Below the pieces are notes generated by a model. It saw nothing but the letters and a program-made list of their open reading frames with translations. It was not told where the DNA came from and searched no databases. A stretch of 63,618 nt of DNA, counting the filler, from Octopus bimaculoides (taxonomy: Eukaryota): NCBI RefSeq assembly GCF_001194135.2. It is 5 parts of 5 records of this genome, joined end to end, with 100 filler letters (N's around TTAATTAATTAA, not from the genome) between each part and the next. Parts side by side here need not be neighbours in the genome. Positions count along the whole stretch, not along the records: positions 1 to 15,799 come from NC_068988.1; positions 15,900 to 36,211 come from NC_068985.1; 3 more parts are not named here. One strand, written 5' to 3'. Position numbers and translations under genes: made by a program. Numbering within the stretch: the first letter of the stretch is position 1; every line of letters begins with the position of its first letter. This document shows, piece after piece, positions 12,216 to 24,124 of the stretch.

Positions 12216-12887
12216 TAATTAATAAGATTTGCACGAGCAAGACAAAATGAAGAGAAATTGTGGCTTCTGCAAGGATTTCTATGAAGAATGCAAACATTAC
12301 TAGTTTGAATCCAGTATATTACTTCACTGGCACAGTCATAATAAGAAAGAGGAAATTTATCCAACAGAATACCGTGAAGGATATCGGGAAATTGTTCAGT
12401 TCCCTTCGTTGATAATTATTAAGGTTAAGGAGAAATGGAGTATCACTGCTCGAAGATGAACTATAAGATATATCCAGATAAATTTCAAGTAGTTTTAAAA
12501 TTTTAGAAATGGACTTTTAGACGGAGACAGAGCCAATGTATGACATAAGGTAAACATCAAGGAAGAGCGGTAGTCATAATTTGGATGATGAGTAAGGAAT
12601 TTGGCTCTCTGGATTAAAGATTAGTATAGAACATAAATATAAAGACATGGGCTTTGCTGAAGGGGAGGTAATTTGCTTTTGCCAATCAGATATTATTAAT
12701 GATACGATGAGTCAAATAGCCACTGAGTTATATGTTGTATAATTTATTTTCTCTGTAAATTAAAAACAAAAATAAAAATAACAAAACTTGCATACGTCTT
12801 AAACATATTTACTCTAAAGTTTTATAATTATTTCTGTCGTATACCATAGCATCATAAAATGGGCGAAGGTAAAGCGAGTGCACACCA

Positions 12888-13039
12888 CCTAACCCTAAAA
12901 CTAACCCTAACCCTAAAATTAAAATAACCCTAACACTAACCCTTACCCTAAAACTAACAGACACTAACCCTAACCCTAAAACTAACCCATACTCTAAGCC
13001 TAACACTAACCCTAACCCTAACGCAACCCTAACGCTAAC
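12888..13039 (-). repeat. Degenerate interstitial telomere-like array (CCCTAA/TTAGGG)n
   Basis: About 25 hexamer units, with taaccc repeats interleaved with variants (taaaac, taacac, taacgc). Confidence 0.85.
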
Positions 13040-13836
13040 GAGTGTGCACAGTAGAAAAATCTGATTAAAAAACAATCAAGAATTTGCAAACGATATTGTC
13101 GGGCTCTCCGTATCATTAATAATACCTGACTAGTAAAAGTAAATTACCCACCACCCTCCCTTGTACCGTCCGACATGTTTGTTTATATTCGCGAGTGCCT
13201 GTTTTCCGTTTCTTTTATTATTTAGTTTCAAATATTTAAAAATGGTTGAATCTTTCTAATTTTTTGCATACATCATTTATCTTGTATATATTTTCCATTT
13301 TCATAACTTTTTTTTTTAACTGCATTTCATTTTCTTGGAGAGGAGCGTTTCTAAAGGAGCTCCCAATTTTTGAATAATTTGTAAATTTATGTTTTCGGGT
13401 TTTCTCGTTTTAAATTTATTGTTTTGTATGTTACTCTTTTGTTAATATTTNNNNNNNNNNNNNNNNNNNNNNNNNNNNNNNNNNNNNNNNNNNNNNNNNN
13501 NNNNNNNNNNNNNNNNNNNNNNNNNNNNNNNNNNNNNNNNNNNNNNNNNNNNNNNNNNNNNNNNNNNNNNNNNNNNNNNNNNNNNNNNNNNNNNNNNNNN
13601 NNNNNNNNNNNNNNNNNNNNNNNNNNNNNNNNNNNNNNNNNNNNNNNNNNNNNNNNNNNNNNNNNNNNNNNNNNNNNNNNNNNNNNNNNNNNNNNNNNNN
13701 NNNNNNNNNNNNNNNNNNNNNNNNNNNNNNNNNNNNNNNNNNNNNNNNNNNNNNNNNNNNNNNNNNNNNNNNNNNNNNNNNNNNNNNNNNNNNNNNNNNN
13801 NNNNNNNNNNNNNNNNNNNNNNNNNNNNNNNNNNNN

Positions 13837-14085
13837 GGTGGTGATGGTGTTCGTGGTGGTGGTGGTGGCAGCGGCGGTAGCAGTAGACATTTGTTCATTC
13901 TTCTTGCTTTCCTTTACCACTTTCTTGCTTAGAACGCTGTTGTCAGTATGCGTGTGTTGACGTTGTTCAGTTGCGTGTGAATGTGATGCAAAGCTTTCTC
14001 TCTTCCCTTCAGCGTTCGGCAATGCAGGGAAATTAATGTCCATGAACGACAATCGAACGTTGGGCGCTTCAGCCAAGTTATCCAT
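13837..14085 (-). CDS. Possible 5' coding end of an unidentified gene or retroelement ORF, running into an assembly gap
   Basis: ATG in aaaaATGG context, then 83 open codons (MDNLAEAPNVRLSFMDINFPALPNAEGK...STATAAATTTTTNTITT). The first ~65 residues are not low-complexity. No domain recognised. Confidence 0.3.
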
Positions 14086-14305
14086 TTTTCAGGACAAATT
14101 GAAAAAAAAAATTTTTGAAATGAAATTTAAAAAGCGAAAATACACCCACAGAGGGTGAATTTTCGGAAGACCGATTCAATCACACGAAAGCTGATGTTGT
14201 TAACCAACTGTTGATAAAAGTTCGATATAAAAAAAAACATAAATAAATGCGAGAAATTGTTTAGACTTACGTAGATACATGGATGGATGTATGGATAGAT
14301 AGATA

Positions 14306-15799
14306 TGTTTCTTTATTAGCCACACAGGGCTCAACATAGAGGGGACAAAATACAAATGTAGAGTTTTTCTTTTCGAGGGGGGCGAAAACAAAGCATAAAA
14401 AAAAGCAAAAGTGGGGACAACGATGAAAAAAAATACATTGCAAAAAGTTTGGGGTATTTACACAAAATACGAAATAATACAGAAAATTCCCAATAAATGG
14501 GGAGGTTATCCGTGGAAAGAAAAACCTACGAAAAGACCACGGTAACCTCGGACCTTAGTGTCACAGTTTGTTAAATAAAATTCCTTTTATTTATGCAAGA
14601 AACGTAAGTAAATCTTTGTTTACAAAATTTTAAAACGTTTTATAGAATCATGGTCAAGGTGGCTTCGTCATTTATACGTGCCATTCTTGCTACATGTATC
14701 CATCATTTTTCGAAACATTTGCTAGACAACACTTGCCTCTCTACTCTCACCTTCCTTTTCAAGTGATACTTGAAAAAGTTGATGAGNNNNNNNNNNNNNN
14801 NNNNNNNNNNNNNNNNNNNNNNNNNNNNNNNNNNNNNNNNNNNNNNNNNNNNNNNNNNNNNNNNNNNNNNNNNNNNNNNNNNNNNNNNNNNNNNNNNNNN
14901 NNNNNNNNNNNNNNNNNNNNNNNNNNNNNNNNNNNNNNNNNNNNNNNNNNNNNNNNNNNNNNNNNNNNNNNNNNNNNNNNNNNNNNNNNNNNNNNNNNNN
15001 NNNNNNNNNNNNNNNNNNNNNNNNNNNNNNNNNNNNNNNNNNNNNNNNNNNNNNNNNNNNNNNNNNNNNNNNNNNNNNNNNNNNNNNNNNNNNNNNNNNN
15101 NNNNNNNNNNNNNNGATAGGTGCCCATTGACGCGAATTACCGAACGGATGCCTTTGTACAAAGTAGCCATCCAGCCGCGGAAAACGGGTCCGAAGCCGGC
15201 CGCTGTGAGGACAGCCTCTAAGTATTCATGGTCTACTCTATCGAAAGCTTTGGATTGATCCAAATTGATCAGGGCCCCACCCATGTCAGGTTCCTTAACT
15301 ACCCGCTCTATGATGTAGCGCATCAAATGGAGGTTGTCATGGATGCTTCGGCTCGGCACGGCGCACGTTTCCGCCTTGCCGACCAGTTTCTCGATGACAA
15401 GCGCCAACTGCTTGGCTAACACCTTGGCCAAGATGTTCAGGTCTGCATTGAGCAGAGTGATGGGCCTAAAGGTATCTATGATATTCCCCTTGTTTGGATC
15501 TTTCTTTAGCAGCGTTACGGCTCCTGGGCTCACAAAACCAGGAATGCTCCCGTTCTGTTGCCAGTTGCAGTACACCACCGCCAAGACGTCTCCAAACAAG
15601 TCTGGCATACAGTTGTAAAGCTCGTAGGGAAGACCGTCCAAACACAGAGATTTGTCCCTCGAGCATCCCGCCATCGCGTCCCTCACTTCCGACGCCGTGA
15701 CGGCACCTTCGCAGCACTCCGCCTCTCTTGCTAAGAGTCGTGGCAGGTTGTTCAGGTAGGCACTGAAGTCCACCCTGCGTTCTCGCTCGCCACTCGTCC
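14306..15799 (-). mobile_element. L1/Tx1-clade LINE, 3' part of ORF2 plus 3' UTR; 5' end lost in a gap
   Basis: ORF 14703..15773 contains DGLPYELY, FRPITLLNAD..ILAKVLA, LDQSKAFDRVDHEYL and FG..F..W...LY...IRVNG, all L1-type RT motifs. After the gap comes the C-terminus LINFFKYHLKRK. One premature TGA at 14703. The 3' UTR ends with AATAAA (14317-14312). Confidence 0.9.
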
Positions 15800-15899
15800 N
15801 NNNNNNNNNNNNNNNNNNNNNNNNNNNNNNNNNNNNNNNNNNNTTAATTAATTAANNNNNNNNNNNNNNNNNNNNNNNNNNNNNNNNNNNNNNNNNNNN

Positions 15900-15940
<41 letters not shown>

Positions 15941-16081
15941 CCTTCTTTGTCTTCCTCTTGATCCATTTTATGTGTGAGCATATTTTTCTGTATGTCTATA
16001 AGGAGTTTTTGTGTCAATCATGTTCAATAAAGAAATTGTAATCAGTCTTTCTCTCTCTTTCATTCATTCTCTCTTTTTCTT

Positions 16082-16113
<32 letters not shown>

Positions 16114-16190
16114 TGTATGTATGTATGTATGTATGTATGTATGTATGTATGCGAGCATATTTCTCTTTATGCATATGAGTTTTGTTTATA

Positions 16191-17451
16191 TCAGGTCATC
16201 CCGTAAGTTCTGTCCGATTTTACCTTTTTTAAAATTGAATGAAATTTAATAGTATTTTAGAATGTCTAATGGAATTAAAGATTTTTATGCATTTGTGTAC
16301 ATTTAAACTAATTAAATATTATTTTACAGAATAATAGAATTAAAATTTCTTTGATTAAAACCCTTTCTAACATGGACGTATCCAAAGAGCATTTGAGGCA
16401 CATAATGCTTTATGAGTACAAAAAAGGAAACTGCAGCCTAAGCGACTCGAAACATACACTCAGTTTATGGGAAAGAATTCTTGAATAAAAGAACTTGCAG
16501 AATATGGTTTGCAAAATTCAGAAGTGGAGATTACAGCCTTGAAGATGAAGATCGAACAAGACGTCCAGTTGAGTTTGATGGTAAGCTCCTTGAGGCATTA
16601 CTTGAAGAAAATCCTGCATTATCAGTTGAAGAATCGGCAATAAAGCTTAGTTCAAACTATACAACTGTTCATCGTCATCTTCAACAACTTGGAAAGGTTC
16701 CTAAACTTGGAAAATGGGTGCCTCATGAATTGTCCGAAACCAAACGCAAATCCCGAGTTAACATATGCTCTTCTCTCCATTCTCACGAACTCATTTCACC
16801 CGTTTTGAATAGACTGGTGACTGGTGACGAAAAATGGATCTATTGAAAACAGTGGCTTGGTAAAATAGAAAAAGCTCAACCACAACCGAGAAGGGAACTT
16901 CATGGGAAAAAGGTTCTTCTCTCTATCTGGTGGGATTGCAAAGGAGTAATTCACTTTGAATTGTTACCACCTAATGCAACAATCAATGCTGAAGTCTACT
17001 GTCAGCAATTAGAGCGTTTGAACCAAGCTTTGAAGAAAAAAAGACCCGCTTTGGTGAATCGAAAAAGAGTGATGTTTCATCAGGACAATGCGCGACCCTA
17101 CACTGCAATTATCACATCACAGAAGATCGAAGAGCTTGGTTGGGAAAAAATTCCTCATCCACTATATTCTTCCGACCTTGCTCCTTCAGACTACCATTTG
17201 TTTCGTAGTTTACAGAATCATTTGGGGGACATAGCTTTCGCAAGCCAGGAAGAGGTCGAAACTCACATTTCAGAGTTCTACGCTTTGAAACCAAAATAGT
17301 TTTACATTGATGGGGTTTAAAAGCTTGTAAATAGATGGAAGTCATAGATAATCGGAGTAAGTACATTGATGATTAAATTTCAATTAAATATAACATTTGA
17401 TCGCTTGTTTTCTTTATTCAAAATTTGGACAGAACTTATGGGATGACCTGA
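16191..17451 (+). mobile_element. Full-length but inactivated mariner (DD34D; mellifera/capitata-like)
   Basis: TIRs of about 28 bp (tcaggtcatcccgtaagttctgtccgat.. and its near-perfect inverse ending at 17451). TA on both sides (16189-90, 17452-53). ATG at 16372. Motifs WVPHEL, TGDEKWIY, HQDNARP, YSSDLAPSDYHLF. One early frameshift, a small deletion with a stop after WIY, and late stops. Confidence 0.95.
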
Positions 17452-17679
17452 TAAATTTTATTGTGTGGCTTGCTTGTTGCTTGAGTTAAGCTGCTCAATG
17501 ATGGTATACTTCAAACGTCTGAGTCGTCAGTGTCGAAGTAGATGGCTTCATTATCATTGTCGTAAGAACATTATCTCAGCATTGATGTAGTGTGCGTGTG
17601 GAAATGTTGCAAGCTGCATCAATAAAAACTGAAGCAAATTCACGAAAATTTAATTGTAATATTTTGTGACATTTTATTT

Positions 17680-17915
17680 CATGTTACTCAAGTTCACTCA
17701 GCTGTAGAAATGAGTTGCGGCATCACTGGCGTCAAGCTGTATCAGCCTTTGTCTTTCCTTTCGATAACATCCCTGGCGTGAAGGGAGGCTGGTATGCATG
17801 GGCGACTACTGGTTTTCCATAAACAACCCCGCCTAGACTTGTACCTTATTGGGAACTTTCTAGGTGTAATCCCATGGTCATTCATGACCGAAGAGGGTCT
17901 TTTACCCTTACCCTG
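17680..17915 (+). mobile_element. SINE fragment (family D-like core: ttcactcagctgtagaaatgagt, with a distinct 3' tail)
   Basis: Core resembles the ccac.cagctg..aaaatgagt motif at 55513 and 56200. Confidence 0.5.
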
Positions 17916-18394
17916 ATTCGAGACCCAATCCCTAGATAATCGGTCAGACACCACGAGCGAACCATTATGGTTTCACCTGATCGGTCTATTAAGCAACCAA
18001 TCAGCGTGAGGTTGTAGCGTGATACTGTTTGCTCGAGTGTTTTGTTTGTCTCATATAATAAAAAAAAAACCGTTTGGTGTGCAGCTTAAGACGCAGACAA
18101 GCAAGGACCTCTATGGCCACTGAGATGTGTGCAGTTGACTGTATATCTTTGGATTGAGCGCCTGTTGTCACACAAATTGTGTTCTATAATTTCAGAGTAG
18201 TCTGTCTGTCTCCCAGTCAGCAACTATTAATATTGTTCATTGTAAATAGTGAAGGCCAAATATCTTTACGTCCGGCAATAATTATTCAGTTAAATGTTTG
18301 CCAGTTGCTACTAACGCAGCCAACGAAGTATATCTTCCTTTACCAGCACCACATCGCCTAACCAAGCCACTATCACCACAACATCGTCAATTGT

Positions 18395-18796
18395 AGGCGA
18401 GACTGTATGGCAAGAAGCTTGCTTCCCAGCCACATCGTCCTGAGTTCGGTCCCATTGCATGGTACTTTGGACAAGTGTCTTCTGCTATAGCCTCGGGCCG
18501 ACCGAAGGCTTGTCATCAGATTTATAGACGGAAATTGAAAAAGGCCTGTCGTATATGTATATATACACATCTTTGTGAGTGTGTCTTTGTGGTTGAGTTT
18601 GTTCCCCACCCCCTTTTGACAACCGGTGTTGGTTTGTTTACGTTCCCGTAACTTAGAGATTCGGAAAAAAGGGCCGATAGAATAAGTACCAGGTTAAAAA
18701 AAAGAACTGGGGTAGATTCGTTCGACTAAAACCTCTTCGAAGTGGTGTCCTACCATTGTTTCATTCCAATGACTGAAACAAGTAAAAGTTAAAAGA
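18395..18796 (+). mobile_element. SINE family A, diverged copy retaining CpGs
   Basis: All modules present; gcctcgggccgacc and gacggaaa are retained. Confidence 0.8.
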
Positions 18797-20889
18797 TCAT
18801 CCCAACTGTTAATGAGTTTTACAATAAAATATTTTTTAAAATATTTAATATCTTTTAATATTTAATGAGAGATCTGGTTGAGCAAGCCTATAGGTGAAAC
18901 TTGAAGCTCTAGTCCACTGGATCTTCATCATAAAACATTAAATATGATGCAAGGAAGTAACAGCAGCAATCAGCCAAATCTATGTCAATATACTCAATAG
19001 GCTTTCGTGGTATGAAAACATTTTAGACTTACCTGCTTTCTTACAAAATCTGATAAATTTCACACAGACAAATAATATAGCAAATGATTCTTTTGTTAAA
19101 ATGCAGGAGCTAACCATATAAAAGTGGCTTTTTTAAAAATAGCCTATATGAAAAACGAATTTTCCCGAACCACAGTTTTGACTAATAATATCAATATCCA
19201 ACAAGATACCGTTCTTACCAATACAAATTCTGAAGACGATGTTTTCCCCATTCGTGTCCAAATGGGTACGATAATCATACCAGTGGTCTTCAGTGAAACT
19301 GTGTGAAGAGCTTCATACACAACATACATTTTAGTGTCATTTTATGAATAAATGTCAGACGTTAGATATTTTCCTTTGTGTCTTAATCAAGAAGAAAACC
19401 AGTACTAATAGTCACCGTAGGCCCTGCGAAATTGGTGAACTCAATATAGTCGATAATCTATTTGAACATCCACTGATCAACAACTGCAAGTTGTTTGAAC
19501 ATCTACAGGCGGGGAATTCTGAAGAGTTATTATAGGAAAAAATGATTGGGGAAACGGTTTAGTGTAAAGTTTATATTTGAAATACAATACGAGTTACACA
19601 AGGATCGGAGGTGGCTAGGACTGGGAATACGTGGTATACAACAAGTTAGTTGAGCGTAGTAGACTTTGTTACAGCAGGATAGGCAGAGATATGAAATAGC
19701 AAGTCTGTGGGTCATGTAGTAAAGTTTGTCAGTTCACGGATTAGAATAAGTTAGCGAGTCACGAGTATGAAATGTCTGATATTTCAGAGAATAACAGATA
19801 TTCGGAGAATAACAGATCTTTCGATGAAGGACTATGTCCAAAATATCCTAGCTGTTCTTTTTCCTAACTGCCAACTAACAGTTCTGTTGTATCTTCCTTT
19901 ATATTCATTTTGTTTATGGAAAATTAACGTTCATGTTGCTGAGTTGACTTTACTTTGAGAAAGTAATGTGGAGTGATCACATGAAAGAAAATTGCATCAG
20001 GTGGGACGTGATGTGCTTATGGTTAGACCCATGATGTCTTATTTGACTGGCATTGAACTTAGGAGAATGGCGAAGTAGTGACTGGTGAACTGTAGAATAC
20101 GCAGAGAATACATCATTTGGAAATGGCAAATGCATGTGAGAAAAATACCAATGCTGTTAACGACCCTCAAATACTTGACGAGTGATTAAACGAATAATCA
20201 CTGAGTTAGTTTGAGTGATTACAATTGTCCCTCGTTTCATGTAAAGACATTAAAGATGACAGGAAAATGTAGAGAAAAGTATGTTGTAGAACAAAAGAAA
20301 CAGGGTATTTCCTGTTTCTTTTGTTCTGCCCGGAATATACGGCCAATGATGACTTCCATGCTGCAAGAATAATTTGCAACGATGTGTAACCTCTCTACTC
20401 TTGACATTTACTAGTGTCGCTCTTGTCCATCCTCTAATATTGGCTGGAATGAAAGTACATCATATATGGATCTCGTTTGCCTTTACTCTTCAATATAGTA
20501 GGTTCCTCTGCTAACTATATGCAACCTGCCCTTTTAAGTCTGGCAGGATATTCATTTATGTTTGTATATATTCTTGCCAAGCAGTATTCTTTATCGTGAT
20601 TTATTGATGGGAAAGTGACCATTTCTATGAAATTCCCGACCAATCCTTACAACTGGTTATTTCAGAGAAGAGAGTCCGTTTTAATAGTAACAGGACAGGG
20701 TTCAGGTTTCCAATGAGTTTAATACAGAGCTTAGATTAGAATTAGTACAGAATCAGAATAGTGCTTTGGTTCAAATTTATGTGTCAAATTTAAGTTCAGC
20801 CACCGCAGAGCTGCTATTTTTATGTGGCAGAGTCAATACATTGACAGGGAGAGAGAATTAAAATTTCTACATACATACATACATACATA

Positions 20890-22254
20890 TTTACTACTTC
20901 ATTCTAGGCCACCATCTTGAAATTAAATACAGCTGTGATTGTATTATCACTGATAGAATACAGTATCGCAGAGGCTTATACCAAGGAGATAGCCTCTCTG
21001 CGATGTTGTTTATACTTTCTGTAAACCACTTGTCATTCATGTTAGGATATCTCACTGGTTCGTAAGGAAACAGAAATGTCAAAATTACACAGTTTCTTTA
21101 AGGATGACTTGAAACTATATGCAAAGAATATGCATGAGATGAAAAATAGCCTTGACCTGGTTTCAACATTCTCAAAGAATATAGGGCTGGAGTTTGGTCA
21201 CGATAAATGTTGCTATAAATGTTGTGAAAAGTGGGAAAACTGTAAACCAGACTAACAACATCTCCATCAATGACTTAATTGTTTCCCTTGTATCTGACGA
21301 GGAATGTTACAGGTACCTAAGGATGGATGAAAGCATATCTTATGATGGTACCTGTAACAAGACACATGACGCTAAAGAATAAAGAAAATATGAACCTCAG
21401 AATTCTGTGTATGCAGAACATTAACCAAATACCTGATGCACAAAAGGGATAGAGACGCACGAAAAACAGCAAAACGAGACAACCGATACAGACTTTGTGG
21501 AGTTAACACCGAAGACATCAGCCACGTCATAAGCAGTTGTCCGAAAATTTCATCACGATATTATCTTCCGAGGAGACATGATGTAGATGTATAATGGGAT
21601 CCGTCGGAAGGATAACTGTCAAGCCAAAGAAAAAAGAACTTACAGTATAGTGGAAGCCATAGTCACTCTTAATAAGAAATAGTGGAATGTCACGGTGAAA
21701 ACCTCAATAAAATGTAAACATAATACACATGACATAGTGATTTGCGATATAGAAGAGAGACTGTGTATAGTTGCGGAAATCAGCTGCCCAGCGGATGTTA
21801 ACATAAAGATCAGTGAAAAAGAAAATACCTATGCTGAACTATTGAGAAATCTACAGTTACTCTAACCAAATTACAAGTTCATATTTATACCTGTAATCAT
21901 TGGGGCATTGGGATATCTAACACACTGCCTAAATAACAGTCTTGAGAAATTAGGCTTCTCAAAACCAGATAGGTAAAAACTGATTCGAAAACTACAGAAC
22001 CAAGCCATCAGTGGAACTATAAAAATCTGTAAATATTTCCAGTTTATCATTTAAGTATATATGCGCATGTCTTGACATGCAGCAACATGCATGAGAATAC
22101 ATAAAAACAAAACATACCAATCTACATACATACATACATACAAAAATACCCTGTTGATGTTGTTGAAATTCCATTGAAGGAGGCTTGGATCTAGGTTAGA
22201 AACCAGCTCTTTCTCTGTTGGCAAGAAATCTTAAAATAAAACTGAATAACGCTA
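20890..22254 (+). mobile_element. R4/Dong-like LINE, 5'-truncated and internally deleted, flanked by (TACA)n
   Basis: RRGLYQGDSLSAMLF, DDLKLYAKN...FSKNIGLEFGHDKC and YRYL.MDES (RT). Then a jump to RLCGVNTEDISHVISSCP..YYLPRRHD (zinc knuckle), HDIVICD...EISCPADVNI..EKENTY..L (restriction-like endonuclease), IPVIIGALG, a stop at ~22054 and a ~200-bp 3' UTR. Confidence 0.88.
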
Positions 22255-22529
22255 TACATACATACATACATACATAAATACATACATACATACATACATA
22301 CATACATACATACATAAATACATACATACATAAATACATACATATTTTCTCTCTTTCGCTTTCGTTCTATTACAATATCGCTACTCCTGACCATGGTATA
22401 GAACATTTTTCAGTTCCAACATCTTAAAACTGATGGGGATAACCATTAACAATAATCTGCCATACATTAAATTTCTCTCAAACCCCAGTAATCACCAATA
22501 ATCACCAACAATGTCACCAATATGACATT

Positions 22530-23460
22530 CGTTGAGGCAGAAATACGTCTGTAAAGCTTTCGACCTTGTCTGGCGCGCAAATCTCCGGGCAATATTTCTC
22601 ACTTATGAGTACGATCCATCTCTCGTCTTGTGAATCAATGACTTCAGGTAAGATCACGCCATCGGAGCGAGTGCTGATTGAGATGCAATTAAATCAGGTG
22701 TGTCCCACATAGGTTTGGTCCAGCACAACTTTCCTCTTATATATCAACAACCTACTTGTCATCGCCTCGAACAAGACCTATTCCTGTGTAGACGTTATCG
22801 GCTTTATTTATTTCTAATCTCCGCACCCAAGTAACCAACACGCCTTGCACGAACATGCTCTGACACCATAACTAGAGACCGTAGAGACATTCTCCAATGT
22901 GGCCATGCTAATCTTTTTATCTTCCACCGCAAAGACGCAACCAAATATATTTCAAAAACATCATCGCAACCTTTTTTAAACATACGAACAACATGATACT
23001 AAAGCACCCTTAAATCGTGAGAAACGCTGAGATGCATTCTCACTAAGGATCTCTCCTATAACTTAACATACCAAATACTGCATGATAAATGCCCTTCCAA
23101 TTCACAGCTATGAAGATGAGGGTTATAATAGAAACGATTCTGTTGCTATACACACAGACATTCTAAGCCGAATCTGAATAGATACCATCTCAACTAATTG
23201 GCACAAAGTCTCCTAGCAACATATTATACACCTGATTTTCATACGTAATGTCGCCTTTCTCTATTTGGTCATTCCCTAAACGTCGTACTACAAGACATAT
23301 TCCACTGCGCATATTTTTCCTGCAACGATCCACCTGCACCAGTTCGAGGGGAACGTTAAACATGTTGTTTTCACCAATATGGGAGGAGTTGCGAACGCTA
23401 CGACTATAATTTCTTTCTCCAACACAACCCCTTATCAAAAGCAGAATTTATTATATTAAT
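22530..23460 (+). mobile_element. Decayed CR1/L2/Jockey-group LINE RT fragment
   Basis: KAFDLVW..NL (~22555), IKSGV (~22690), TTFLLYINNLL..ASN..YS.VD (~22720-22795). Frameshifted. The 3' extent is approximate. Confidence 0.6.
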
Positions 23461-23537
23461 TTACTTTTTAAGTTCACTGTAAAATTGAGTTTAAGTTGCG
23501 GTTTAATATAAACTTTAATATGACGCATGTGTGCACG

Positions 23538-23603
<66 letters not shown>

Positions 23604-23627
23604 AATAAACTATCAAGGTGATAGTAC

Positions 23628-24046
23628 AAGTACAATCATTAAAGTAACTAAGGGTGCAAGTCAACACCAGCATTGCTAGAAATAAGAGTCAAAACAACCC
23701 TTAGCTACGGGCAAAGCACTTATGACTGACTAGGCAGACGAGCTCCCTACAGCAAATGAGATATAGTCAGATCATCGCTGATTTAGGATTTAATTAAACC
23801 TCATCAGTGACCATTACTCAGTTGCCGAGGGCTAAACGTAACTTGCGTTGTCAGTTTATAGAAAATACCGATGGAATCAGTGACTGATTTCGTAAAATGA
23901 TAAAGTGAAAAATAGAAATTATCAAGTGTCCCCATTGGCAGTCAGTATATAAGTGCTTGTACGTGGCTAAAAGTTGCTTTGGCTCTTATTTCTAGCAATT
24001 CTGGTGCAGACTTGCAATCTTTGTCACTTTAGTGACGATTGTACTT
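23628..24046. mobile_element. MITE-like element with long (~115 bp) imperfect terminal inverted repeats
   Basis: aagtacaatca.taaagt...tgcaagtc..caccag.attgctagaaataagag.caaa.caac...tagc.acg..aagcacttat..actgact is mirrored at ~23930-24046, about 80% identical by eye. No ORF. Confidence 0.8.
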
Positions 24047-24053
24047 ACATGTG

Positions 24054-24124
<71 letters not shown>

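Noticed and set aside
15844-15855. TTAATTAATTAA flanked by Ns, repeated at 36256-36267, 44310-44321 and 61714-61725
   Set aside because: An identical 12-mer sits inside four separate gaps and has stops in all six frames. It is almost certainly a synthetic scaffolding spacer.
23780-23815. Minus-strand CTGATGA followed by a weak stem, and a similar CTGATGA at ~48667
   Set aside because: No GAAA directly follows helix II and there is no cleavage triplet in position.
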